Origin: Candidatus Bathyarchaeia archaeon
GTDB taxonomy: Archaea; Thermoproteota; Bathyarchaeia; 40CM-2-53-6
Length of the DNA stretch: 64,000 bases
Direction of reading: 5' to 3'
Assembly: GCA_049517415.1 (NCBI GenBank)
Contig: JBEKSC010000003.1
Span: 1-64,000, forward strand
The notes under the pieces were generated by a model. That model had not been told where the DNA came from, made no database searches, and worked only from the letters and a program-made list of their open reading frames with translations. A program made the translations under genes and the position numbers. Below, piece after piece: positions 11,001 to 18,708 of the stretch (its first letter is position 1; each line of letters starts with the position of its first letter).

Positions 11001-11556
11001 CACGGGTCCTTGCACGATAAGCGGATTGCCAGGAGCCCCGACCCTCTCTTGCAATATTTCGGGGGGAACCGTAGGTGGCTCAATTGGGCTTGATCCCACG
11101 ACTCCCTCAGGTACATACCTCATCACAGTCACTGGAAGTACGGGGGATTTTGCTTCGAACTATTTGGAGGTCATCCTTCTGACTGGAACTCTCACCTCCA
11201 TAACGACGACATCAACGACCAGCATTACCAGCACAACTTTCACGACGTTTACAACGTCCACTTCCCTATCGCAGTCATTCACAACCTTCACTTTCACAGG
11301 TATTACGACGGCGCTTAGTTACGCTCTGAGCACGATTACCTTTACTGGCCAGTCTGTGGCATCAAGCATTACGACTACCACTTCGTATACTTCTGTTCCA
11401 ACCACCGTGACGGCATCGGGAACTGCGACTGGGACGCTGGGTGCATCAGCTATTCGGCCTCTGTTTTCGTCTGACCAAACACCTTATGACGTCCTAGCTT
11501 TGTTTGCCGCCCTTATGTTGCTGGCTCCGATGGTTCTTAGGAGGCTTTTCTTTTGA
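8002..11556 (+). CDS. Surface protein with 11 IPT/TIG-like Cys-paired repeats, Thr-rich stalk and C-terminal membrane anchor
   Basis: Signal peptide; repeats I.L.P..GP.GT.(V/I)TVTG.GF...C...C...F.V...Y.VTVTG..GD.A...FTV; C-terminal hydrophobic helix followed by RR. Confidence 0.85.
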   Translation: MTKRKAKTNRVFLVLLLVTAFAVVFSSIQIPVFARSISLSPPNGPIATVVTVTGTGFATGDNGLSCEVTSSKSGLISPGFTCTVTAGDVSGSFTVGPGIGPGGYTVTVTGSTGDTASSSFTVLQPTITLTPPSGPVSTVVNVKSGGVRFSQGETGCTISGAAVSLQACSVSNGVVTGSFTVASVSAGPYEIDVTGTSSLAVASAIFTVTATSTVISVTPTDGPFKTKITLQGSGFSTSDSSCQITASPDVSTIAANPAFSCSVGSGKVSGTFYVGLAEIVNTPETITVTASPGGDSASVAFTIDGSPTLGFSPSSPQPPGTTITVLLTGGQFSSGDTTTSSVSCSISTSGLSSSSACRIGGGGTDLTGTFFVVGNVASGNSYTVTVTGTLGDTASAVFTVAPPVVGPAIFLSPSDGPAGTTITVTGTGFPSLDSSCVLSSAPTPLMSSTPTPTCSIGSGKITASFKVASGAGAGLYTVFVTSSSGASASEMFVVDGTPTLVFTPPSPQPTGTTIQVSIGVGAFSSGDTSSCTISSTPSGLFQSSACHLSQSPQSLAGTFFVVSSAASGSTYTVTVRGSLGDTASETFTIAPTPIGPQLIAVPQDGPRGTKIALQGRAFSGLDTSCVITSTPANIIASPATCTVSTSGTFTTSFTVSSAADPTLNPYTITATGSSGDTAFTTFNVDPTPTLTFTPASPQAPGTTVDVSITISIPQGQFSSGDTSCSISSSPGGLLSTSACRIGSAGTDLTGTFFVVAAVPSGSSYTVVVTGNLGDTGVGTFQVIVATLLTLSPTYNSPGQTISFVARGLLTTDTSCSITSNTGVNGATLIASPSCTVSGGTGTGTFTVGPTATADSSPWTVTVTGNPGGDTVATTFTVVPAITVTPTNGVASSVASFTGSGFGSAATSCTLTSAPAGLFTTNGCNLIVPGPNGNGQVSGTFTVAVGAPAGTYVITVTDTTPFAASTDFTVGTPNAQVTVSPNVVLPGTSVGVTGFGFNGDDTGPCTISGLPGAPTLSCNISGGTVGGSIGLDPTTPSGTYLITVTGSTGDFASNYLEVILLTGTLTSITTTSTTSITSTTFTTFTTSTSLSQSFTTFTFTGITTALSYALSTITFTGQSVASSITTTTSYTSVPTTVTASGTATGTLGASAIRPLFSSDQTPYDVLALFAALMLLAPMVLRRLFF

Positions 11557-12620
11557 GTAAGCGGAAGCAAAGAAGGCATCTGCGTTCCGCAGCTCTTCAA
11601 CTTACAATAATGATTGTTTCCGTTTTGGCGCTTTCAAGTTGGGTCACCCTGCCCGCGACTGGAACCCTTGGGGTGTTCAGTCTCATTACGCCACCCCTAA
11701 CCACAACCTTCTCATCCAGTACTACCACGACTAGTACGTTCTTCACAACGACCACGTCAACACCCGCGACGTCTACCTCCGTCACGTCGATAACGTCCAC
11801 TAGCACATCCGTCTCATCTAGCTCTTCCTTCACTTCGACGGAAACATTGACCAGTACAAGTCTCATTTCGTCGACCGTGTACACGGGTACAGCGACTAGT
11901 CTCACAACGACAACCGAAACGGGTACTACGCCATACACGACGACGTTCACCGCATTCAGCACGACCACTGTTCTACCCTCCCTGGGTTGCCCAGTGGCAT
12001 TCGCTACTTCTGGCACGCCCCTGGAGCCTTACGCGAACTTCCTTCGGGCATTCCGTAACAATCAGATCCAGAACACAACAGCGGGGCGCATGTTCATGCA
12101 AACCTTCAACGCCTGGTACTACAGCTGGGCGCCTTCACTCACCTACACCGCCTCTCGGAACGGCTTGTTCCTTGACACGTTGCGAGTGGGCGTTTACCCA
12201 CTCATCGGAATCCTATACGCAGCCTACTTCTCCTACGCCCTCATATCACCCATGAGTGCCGAAGCGGGTGCCTTAGCGGCGGGCGTGATGGCCGCGTCGC
12301 TCATTGGCTTAGTATACGTTGCTCCGGTTGCGTACGTGAGTCTGCGGTTGGTTCGGCGCCGAACAAAATTCCTAGCCTCTGTAAAAGCGCACTTATTCCC
12401 AGCCTACGGGTGGGTCGCCGGTAGCGCGCTGATGATTGGTGCCGCCTACCTGTCGGGGTCAGCCTTGCTGATGGGTCTAGGTACGGCTAGCCTGACGCTA
12501 TCAATGCTCAGCGTTGTAAGTATTCTCGGCGCTCTAGCTTTGACTTCAGTTCAACTACCACTCGCCAACCAACATGCCAAGGTCTTCGCAGCCAGGCGTA
12601 TGGCTCGACCGCTCCGCTGA
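11553..12620 (+). CDS. Thr-rich protein with CFI-box-CTERM-like membrane domain
   Basis: GCPVAFATSGTPLEPYANFLRAFRNNQIQNTTAGRMFMQTFNAWYYSWAP fits the CFI-box pattern (C.IA.A.YG......LR.FRD......G..F...YY..SP); followed by TM helices; 4-nt overlap with upstream gene. Confidence 0.8.
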   Translation: MSKRKQRRHLRSAALQLTIMIVSVLALSSWVTLPATGTLGVFSLITPPLTTTFSSSTTTTSTFFTTTTSTPATSTSVTSITSTSTSVSSSSSFTSTETLTSTSLISSTVYTGTATSLTTTTETGTTPYTTTFTAFSTTTVLPSLGCPVAFATSGTPLEPYANFLRAFRNNQIQNTTAGRMFMQTFNAWYYSWAPSLTYTASRNGLFLDTLRVGVYPLIGILYAAYFSYALISPMSAEAGALAAGVMAASLIGLVYVAPVAYVSLRLVRRRTKFLASVKAHLFPAYGWVAGSALMIGAAYLSGSALLMGLGTASLTLSMLSVVSILGALALTSVQLPLANQHAKVFAARRMARPLR

Positions 12621-12685
12621 ACGATCAGGCGGAACCATCCATCTTCTTTACTCGCTTCATCAACCGCTCTCGAGCCAGCTGGATA
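12562..12685 (+). repeat. Direct repeat, left copy (~124 bp), flanking vapBC
   Basis: Aligns to 13498-13620 with about 10 substitutions and 1 indel by manual count. Confidence 0.95.
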
Positions 12686-12693
12686 GAACCTGA

Positions 12694-13119
12694 TCAAGAT
12701 GTTTCGTAGTTGGCTATGAGCACGACGGGTACGGAAACCTTCGAAAGGCGTTTTCCCAAGTCTCCGTCGGCAGTTATCAGTGGTTGCTTCATTTCTTGGG
12801 CCATTGTAGCGTATGATGAATCGTAGACCGTTATGTCCCAGAGTCTGGCGTTCGATACTGCTTTTCGGTAAGTTTGAGGGCTAGGTGAGACTACGAGGTT
12901 GCTGAGGTATTTTGAAGCAGCTTCTGCTAGTTTGGCAGCTGTTTCGCGTGGTATGTCTCTTCTCTTCCGGATACTGTTGCAGACCTCGTAGAGTATAAGA
13001 GACGGCGCTCGGAGCTCAACCTTTCCTTCCTCGTAATCCTGGCGCAGCGTGTGGCTTTCAGTTTCGTATTCTTCTCCTTTTAGAAACCATTTGGCAGCTA
13101 CAGAGGCATCGAGAATCAT
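12694..13119 (-). CDS. vapC: VapC PIN-domain toxin
   Basis: ILDASVAAKW...E...YEVCN...YDSSY...LITAD acidic PIN motif. Confidence 0.92.
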   Translation of the reverse strand: MILDASVAAKWFLKGEEYETESHTLRQDYEEGKVELRAPSLILYEVCNSIRKRRDIPRETAAKLAEAASKYLSNLVVSPSPQTYRKAVSNARLWDITVYDSSYATMAQEMKQPLITADGDLGKRLSKVSVPVVLIANYETS

Positions 13120-13343
13120 CTGCCCCGATCCTGCCTAATGCTCTTAGTTGAGAAGTCAGGGTCGGGCGATGGGGGAATCTTGGCTCTGAGCTCTTCAACA
13201 TCCTTCCACATTGTCTTGAGTGTTTCTCGTTTCAACCGTTCCTCAATCGCTGACTTGAGCAATGCTGACCAGTCCACGTCCTTCAGTCTTTCCATCTCCC
13301 TTCGGAGTCTCTCGGGCACTCTGACGCTAACCACCGTTGACAT
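13116..13343 (-). CDS. vapB: Ribbon-helix-helix antitoxin (VapB-type)
   Basis: MSTVVSVRVPERLRREMERLKDVDWS; small, upstream of and overlapping the PIN gene by 4 nt. Confidence 0.85.
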   Translation of the reverse strand: MSTVVSVRVPERLRREMERLKDVDWSALLKSAIEERLKRETLKTMWKDVEELRAKIPPSPDPDFSTKSIRQDRGR

Positions 13344-13497
13344 ATATGTCTGCGAGATGTTTACAAATTGTCTACAGATAAAGATTGCGATTCAAATCCT
13401 CGCAGAAATGCACATCTTCGCCTTTGCGGCTGCGGTCTAACTAGCTCCTCTAACAGTTTCCAGCAGTTACCTCGATATTGCGATAGATAACTGCCGG

Positions 13498-13620
13498 TCG
13501 CCAACAACATGCCAAGGTCTTCGCAGCTAGGCGTATGGCTCGACCGCTGCACTGAACGGTCACGCGGAACTATTCATCTTCTTTACTTGCTTCATCAACC
13601 GCTCTCGGGCCAGTTGGATA
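13498..13620 (+). repeat. Direct repeat, right copy, flanking vapBC
   Basis: Matches 12562-12685. Confidence 0.95.
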
Positions 13621-13733
13621 CGCACGTACTCTTCCTGCAGCCCTTTGTCGAGGGGTTGGAGTTGGTCTAGGTTCCAGATTGCTTCTGTAAGTTTTTGGAT
13701 TGCAGTTCGGACTCGTTCGTTTCTATCGGTCAT
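13560..13733 (-). CDS. Small helical hypothetical protein (57 aa), not in the ORF track
   Basis: MTDRNERVRTAIQKLTEAIWNLDQLQPLDKGLQEEYVRIQLARERLMKQVKKMNSSA; ATGA overlap with the Lrp/AsnC gene stop. Confidence 0.65.
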   Translation of the reverse strand: MTDRNERVRTAIQKLTEAIWNLDQLQPLDKGLQEEYVRIQLARERLMKQVKKMNSSA

Positions 13734-14275
13734 TTGATCATTGATTCCAACGGAACGTACGTTTCCGTGTCATGGACGGCTGGCATTTTGGCGATTCGGC
13801 TTTCTACGATCCTTGCTATATGTTGGGGGGGCGGGTTGACGATGCTCTTTTCGACTTCGAGTTCGGCGAGTACGTCCGCCTTCCCAAAGAGCAAGTAGAC
13901 ACCCCGGACTTCCGGGACTTCGAGTAGTTTGCGCATGAGTTCTTGGGCTTTACCTGCGTCGCTGGAAATGAAGACGAAGCCTTTGGCGGTGGGGCGTTCG
14001 ATGGCCTTCGTTGGGGGGAGTTCTGCTTCGATTGGTATAATTGTCCTCGTGTCGATAACATCCCCTGCCTTCCTGATCTTTTCGGTAACGAGTTCCACAA
14101 CTTTTCGGCGGGGGTCCAGTCCGGTTTCCGGGGATTCCAAGGCAACGAGGAGGTCGAATTTGCCTGTGATGAGGTGGGTCTCCAGGACTTCGGGCAAGTC
14201 CTTGAAGCGATTCCAGACTTCTTTCTCCTTGCCCGGTTTCGCTTTTATCAGGAGGAAACTTCTCAAACCAATCAC
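13730..14275 (-). CDS. Tandem Lrp/AsnC ligand-binding (RAM) domain protein without HTH
   Basis: Two copies of F(L/V).I....GK..E....L...PEV.....(I/L).GK.D(L/V)L...E. Confidence 0.85.
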   Translation of the reverse strand: MIGLRSFLLIKAKPGKEKEVWNRFKDLPEVLETHLITGKFDLLVALESPETGLDPRRKVVELVTEKIRKAGDVIDTRTIIPIEAELPPTKAIERPTAKGFVFISSDAGKAQELMRKLLEVPEVRGVYLLFGKADVLAELEVEKSIVNPPPQHIARIVESRIAKMPAVHDTETYVPLESMIK

Positions 14276-14454
14276 AAACTAGACTTTTTCACAGCGCTCT
14301 TGAGCGCCGTGGCGTCATATAAAATAGTTCATACAAGATGAGCTACGTCATCTCATGTCGCTTCGACTTTGCTTCTTCGGTTTCATGGTTGGAGAACAGG
14401 CCCACTGCTTAAAGCCGGTTGAGTTTCAATTTCTTCGCGGTTTGGGGTTCATGG

Positions 14455-15015
14455 TTGAGAGTTGTTCTCGGGGTTACTGGCGCGTCGGGTGTTGTTTATG
14501 GCGTAAGTCTCGCATCAGAACTAGCTAAGGCTGGAACTGAGTTAACGATCATCGTGTCGGACGCCGCGAAACGGGTTCTAGCAGCGGAGATACCGGACGG
14601 CTTGAAACGGCTGAAAAAGTTGGCAGGCCAAGGTAGGCTGCTAACGGAACACGACCTCGACGCCGATATCTCCTCAGGTTCAGCGAAGACGGATGCGGTC
14701 GTCGTCTGCCCCTGCTCCATGAAGACACTTGCCGCCATCGCTAACGGGTACGCGTACAACTTGATTTGCCGAACAGCGGACGTAGCGATTAAGGAACAGC
14801 GTAGGTTGGTTCTTGTTGTGCGGGAGATGCCGCTCAGTGCGATTCACTTAGAGAATATGCTCAAGCTTGCAAGGCTGGGCGCAGTGATTCTGCCCGCCAG
14901 CCCAGGGTTCTACCATGAACCCAAAACTGTGAACGACCTGGTGAATCATGTGGTAGGGAAAGTGTTAGACGTACTTGGCGTCAAGTCGGACATATACAAG
15001 AGATGGGCCGGTTGA
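14455..15015 (+). CDS. ubiX: Flavin prenyltransferase
   Basis: GVTGASG, PCSMKTLAAIANG, RTAD, VVREMPL, HLENML, SPGFY motifs; TTG 14455 is the likely start. Confidence 0.93.
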   Translation: MRVVLGVTGASGVVYGVSLASELAKAGTELTIIVSDAAKRVLAAEIPDGLKRLKKLAGQGRLLTEHDLDADISSGSAKTDAVVVCPCSMKTLAAIANGYAYNLICRTADVAIKEQRRLVLVVREMPLSAIHLENMLKLARLGAVILPASPGFYHEPKTVNDLVNHVVGKVLDVLGVKSDIYKRWAG

Positions 15016-15030
15016 GCTTCAGAAAATGGG

Positions 15031-15165
15031 TTGAAAATCTCCAGGGCCAACGGGAAACTGACCGAAGCAAAGGTTGGTTTCGATGCGACGAAACTGCTTG
15101 AAGTGAAGGGCAAGAATTATGAGAAAGCCAAGTTTCCTGATGTTGATTGGAGAAGGTTCACCTAG
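15031..15165 (+). pseudogene. ubiD: C-terminal remnant of a UbiD-family decarboxylase
   Basis: KLTEAKVGFDATKLLEVKGKNYEKAKFP resembles the UbiD C-terminal K.G.DATK motif; lies between ubiX and acnX. Confidence 0.7.
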
Positions 15166-15180
15166 CGAGCTGACAACACG

Positions 15181-16371
15181 ATGCACCTAACTAGCCAAGA
15201 GGAAAAGATGCTTGCAGGAGAAGAAGGGTACGCGGTGCAGAAAAGCATGCAAATCCTTACGGCGTTGGGCGAAATATTTGGCGCCGACAAATTGATTCCG
15301 GTTTCCTCGGTGCAAGTGGCTGGCGTGTCATACTACAACCTCGGCGACGCAGGCCTGGAATATTTGGAAAATCTAGCTGGCAAAGGCGCGAAGGCTAGGG
15401 TGAAGACGACGCTGAACCCTGCTGGTATGGATTTGGAGAATTGGCGTGAGCTCGGAATCGACGAAGAGTTCGCGCGAAAGCAAGAGCAGGTGATTCGTGC
15501 TTTTGTGGAAATGGGTGTAACACCTTCTTGCACTTGCACCCCATACCTCGTTGGTAACGAGCCTGGCCGCGGGGACCATATTGCGTGGAGCGAGTCTTCC
15601 GCAGTCACCTACGCCAACTCAATCCTCGGCGCAATGACAAACCGCGAAGGGGGACCTAGTGCGCTCGCTGCTGCGATTACTGGGCGGACGCCTTGCTACG
15701 GCATGCACCTTGAGGAAAATCGTAAGCCCCAAGTCAGCGTGAAGGTCGACGCCAAGTTGGCCGCCGTCCCAGATTTCGGGGCCCTCGGCTACGCCGTCGG
15801 GAAGAAGATTGGACCGAAGATTCCACTGTTCGAAGGAATCGAAGGCGCACACATTGAGCAACTCAAGAGTTTGTGCGCCTCTATAGCGACCTACGGTGGG
15901 ACAGCCCTCTTCCACACGAACGACGCAACCTACCGCCAAAAGGAAGCGCCCAAGGAAACCATCATAATCACTCAGGCCGACATTGAAGGAGCGCTTCGTG
16001 CACTGAATGACGAAACAGCGGAGGTTGATTTCGTAGCGCTCGGATGCCCCCACTGCACATTAGATGAGATCAAAACAATCGCAGGCCTCCTAGAGGGTAG
16101 GAAGGTGACAAGGGAGTTTTGGATTTGCACAGCCAGGCAGACCATGAAGGAAGCGGAGAAGGTTGGTTATGCGCAGCAGATTCGTGCGTCCGGAGCGAAA
16201 TTTGCATGCGACACATGCATGGCCGTAGCACCGCTGAAAGGGCGTTTCAGTGTTCTAGCCACCGACTCTGCGAAGGCCTGTTACTATGGGCGTGGTACGA
16301 ACGACTTCAAAACTCGCATCGGAAGCGTCGAGGAGTGTGTTAATGCGGCGGTGACGGGAAAATGGAGTTAG
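15181..16371 (+). CDS. Aconitase X catalytic subunit (phosphomevalonate dehydratase large subunit)
   Basis: SCTCTPY, WSESSA, TNREGG, GCPHC, DTCMAV motifs; context with ubiX. Confidence 0.9.
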   Translation: MHLTSQEEKMLAGEEGYAVQKSMQILTALGEIFGADKLIPVSSVQVAGVSYYNLGDAGLEYLENLAGKGAKARVKTTLNPAGMDLENWRELGIDEEFARKQEQVIRAFVEMGVTPSCTCTPYLVGNEPGRGDHIAWSESSAVTYANSILGAMTNREGGPSALAAAITGRTPCYGMHLEENRKPQVSVKVDAKLAAVPDFGALGYAVGKKIGPKIPLFEGIEGAHIEQLKSLCASIATYGGTALFHTNDATYRQKEAPKETIIITQADIEGALRALNDETAEVDFVALGCPHCTLDEIKTIAGLLEGRKVTREFWICTARQTMKEAEKVGYAQQIRASGAKFACDTCMAVAPLKGRFSVLATDSAKACYYGRGTNDFKTRIGSVEECVNAAVTGKWS

Positions 16372-16766
16372 TGCGTGGTAGAAAAATATCAGGCGGAACG
16401 GCGGAAGGCCTAGCGCTCGTCTCGCATGAACCCATTTCGTTCTTTGGAGGAGTCAACCCGGACACGGGGGTAGTTACGGAGAAAGGGCATGAACTTGAAG
16501 GAACAACGGTGAAGGACAGAGTGCTCATCTTCCCCAACGGAAAAGGGTCCACGGTTGGATCCTACACCTTGTACAGGATGAAGAGAAATGGTGTCGCCCC
16601 GCTGGCCATCATAAATGTGGAGTGCGAACCTATCGTCGCAGTTGGAGCAATCATATCCGACATTCCCGCTGTCGACAGGCTGGAGAGAAACCCATTGACT
16701 CTTTTTCAGAGCGGGAAGAGGCTTAGGGTTGACGCTGACAGGTCGCTTGTAGAAGCCTCGGATTGA
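16362..16766 (+). CDS. Aconitase X swiveling subunit (DUF126; phosphomevalonate dehydratase small subunit)
   Basis: ISFFGGVNPDTG...GKGSTVGSY motif. Confidence 0.9.
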   Translation: MELVRGRKISGGTAEGLALVSHEPISFFGGVNPDTGVVTEKGHELEGTTVKDRVLIFPNGKGSTVGSYTLYRMKRNGVAPLAIINVECEPIVAVGAIISDIPAVDRLERNPLTLFQSGKRLRVDADRSLVEASD

Positions 16767-16964
16767 AAGTGCGAGCAATAGAAATCTCAGGAGCACTAGT
16801 TGCCGATTCATTGCCGGCGGACATTGACTAATGCGAAATAACTTATGTCATGATCACGAGACGAGAGATGCTTGATCGAACGTCGTCTCAAGTAAGCATT
16901 CAAATCCGTTCTGCCGGACGTCTTATAAGCTGAACATATCGAACTCAACGTCGCGTGAGTCGTC

Positions 16965-18005
16965 TTGAGGTATTATGTGGAACTAGGCAAAGCTGCAGAT
17001 ACTTTGGTAAATTATGTAATGAAGGTGAAGAAGGGAGAAGACGTTCTCGTATGCGGGGATAGCGCAAATGACGAAGCTGTGTTAAAGGCAACAGCTGCCG
17101 CTGCGTATGCTGCTGGAGCTACTCCGACCATTGTTGTCACTGAGACTCGGGAGCGAGCATTTGCTGAGCCTCCTAAACCATTGGCAGCAGCGATGATGGA
17201 TGCTGATGTCCTGATTGAATTTACGACCAAAGCTATCTTGTACACAAAGGCTCAAGTAAACGCCTTGAAACGAAACCGAGCTTACATCTGCTTAACATCT
17301 CTGGACAGCGAGGCGATGGTGAGGACTCTCGGTTGGGTGAACTACCCGAAAATGGTGGAATTGGGAGAAAGATTAGCAGAACTGACAACGAAGGCAAAAG
17401 AGTTCAGGGTAACTAGCCCGTCAGGAACAGATTTCACCGGCAAGATTGGGGGAAGAAAGTGGGAGAACTACGGCGGGACCGCAGAGAAGAGACAAATCAT
17501 AATGCTGGGAGGACAAACGGGCGGAACATGCCTTGAAGAAACCGAAAATGGCGTGCTGGCTTTCGACGGCAATATTTGGCCTCCGGATGAAATAAAGAGC
17601 AACATACGAACTCCAATCAAGTTCAAAGTTGAGAAAGGCGTCATCAAAGAGATTACGGGTGGCACAGAGGCGGAGATGCTTAAGAAATATCTGGCAGGCT
17701 TCAACGATCCCAACATGTATAGGCTCGCTCATTTCTGCTACGGTTACCACCCTAATGCGCGGCAGACAGCTGACATATCGGAAGTGGAACGAGTTTGGGG
17801 GTGCTTCCAAGTCGGTTTTGGAAGGCAAGGCCCGCTGCTCCGACCGGATCTTGGAGGGGGATTTGGATGGGATGCAGCTTCCCACGACGACGGCATCATA
17901 CTGAAAGCTTCAATTTACCTTGACGGTGAACCTGTACAACAGAACGGAAAATTTGTTCACCCAGAGTTGGTGAAGATCCTCAAAGAGTGGGGAATAGAGC
18001 AATAG
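16965..18005 (+). CDS. M29-fold metalloenzyme, NicX-like (His...His-x-Asp) subtype
   Basis: GQ...LAHFCYGYHP...EVER...ASHDDG; overall aminopeptidase T/NicX architecture. Confidence 0.75.
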   Translation: MRYYVELGKAADTLVNYVMKVKKGEDVLVCGDSANDEAVLKATAAAAYAAGATPTIVVTETRERAFAEPPKPLAAAMMDADVLIEFTTKAILYTKAQVNALKRNRAYICLTSLDSEAMVRTLGWVNYPKMVELGERLAELTTKAKEFRVTSPSGTDFTGKIGGRKWENYGGTAEKRQIIMLGGQTGGTCLEETENGVLAFDGNIWPPDEIKSNIRTPIKFKVEKGVIKEITGGTEAEMLKKYLAGFNDPNMYRLAHFCYGYHPNARQTADISEVERVWGCFQVGFGRQGPLLRPDLGGGFGWDAASHDDGIILKASIYLDGEPVQQNGKFVHPELVKILKEWGIEQ

Positions 18006-18365
18006 CTCCCTTCGGAATTTGTTGCCCTTTTTTTCCCTCTCTACCGTTTTTCCTTTCATGAACCTCCATAATCTTGATGATACCCGCTTTTCGCGTAGGA
18101 ATCGCGTGAACAAAACGACGGTCAAGTAGAGTCCTAAGAAGTTAAGTTAGTATTCTGCCATCATGGATCTGCCAAGGTCGTTCCCGTTAGGATCTGGCAA
18201 TCCATCACTTAGACAGAGCTAAGATGCCCGTATATACTGATTCCGCACGATTAATCAATCTTCTTGTAGCCGCGGCTAAGTCAGAAGCCATTGAAGCCAT
18301 GAGTCCTCAAGCTTCACCAGGTCTTCGGCTATTTTCAATGCGACTGAAATTGGATCGATTACAGC
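17999..18365 (+). repeat. ~360-bp direct repeat, copy 1 (copy 2 at 21936-22292)
   Basis: Long identical runs, e.g. ccatcacttagacagagctaagatgcccgtatatactgattccgcacgattaatc. Confidence 0.95.
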
Positions 18366-18475
18366 TACATCGAGTTTCTCTTGGAGTGTCTCAGCTGAGT
18401 TTAGCGAAGCTCCGCATCCAAGAACTAGAACATCAGTTCGTCCTTCTTCGATGACTTGTCCACCTTCCAATATTG
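18276..18475 (-). pseudogene. C-terminal fragment of an Asp/Glu/hydantoin racemase
   Basis: DVLVLGCGA...EKLDVAVIDP...ALKIAEDLVKL; N-terminal two-thirds absent. Confidence 0.8.
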
Positions 18476-18506
18476 TGCTCTCACCAGCTAGTCGAAGTCT
18501 CTCCTT

Positions 18507-18705
18507 ATTTCGACGGTGGCCTTTACAGGGATCGGGTCATGAGTTTTGCCCGTTCTATGCCCCAGTCGATGTACTCCATCACAGCGTTCAGTCCATACTT
18601 ATCACACATCTCAAGAATTCGTCTTGCGCCTACTCTTAGAGATGCGGCTTGGGCTTCCATGTCGCCCATCGTCATGTCGGGAGTTCTGACGTTTGATCTG
18701 ATGAG
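18507..18705 (-). pseudogene. Internal, deleted fragment of hydantoinase B (copy of 23259-23535)
   Basis: Near-identical DNA to 23259-23289 joined to 23368-23535, with ~80 bp missing. Confidence 0.9.
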
Positions 18706-18708
18706 AGT

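Noticed and set aside
2972..12620. Many antisense ORFs (60-140 aa) over the surface protein genes
   Set aside because: Shadow frames of Thr/Val/Ser-rich codons; no independent motifs
15013..15165. Selenocysteine or read-through fusion of UbiX with the in-frame downstream peptide
   Set aside because: UbiX is complete at the TGA; no SECIS-like hairpin seen; deletion of ubiD is the simpler explanation
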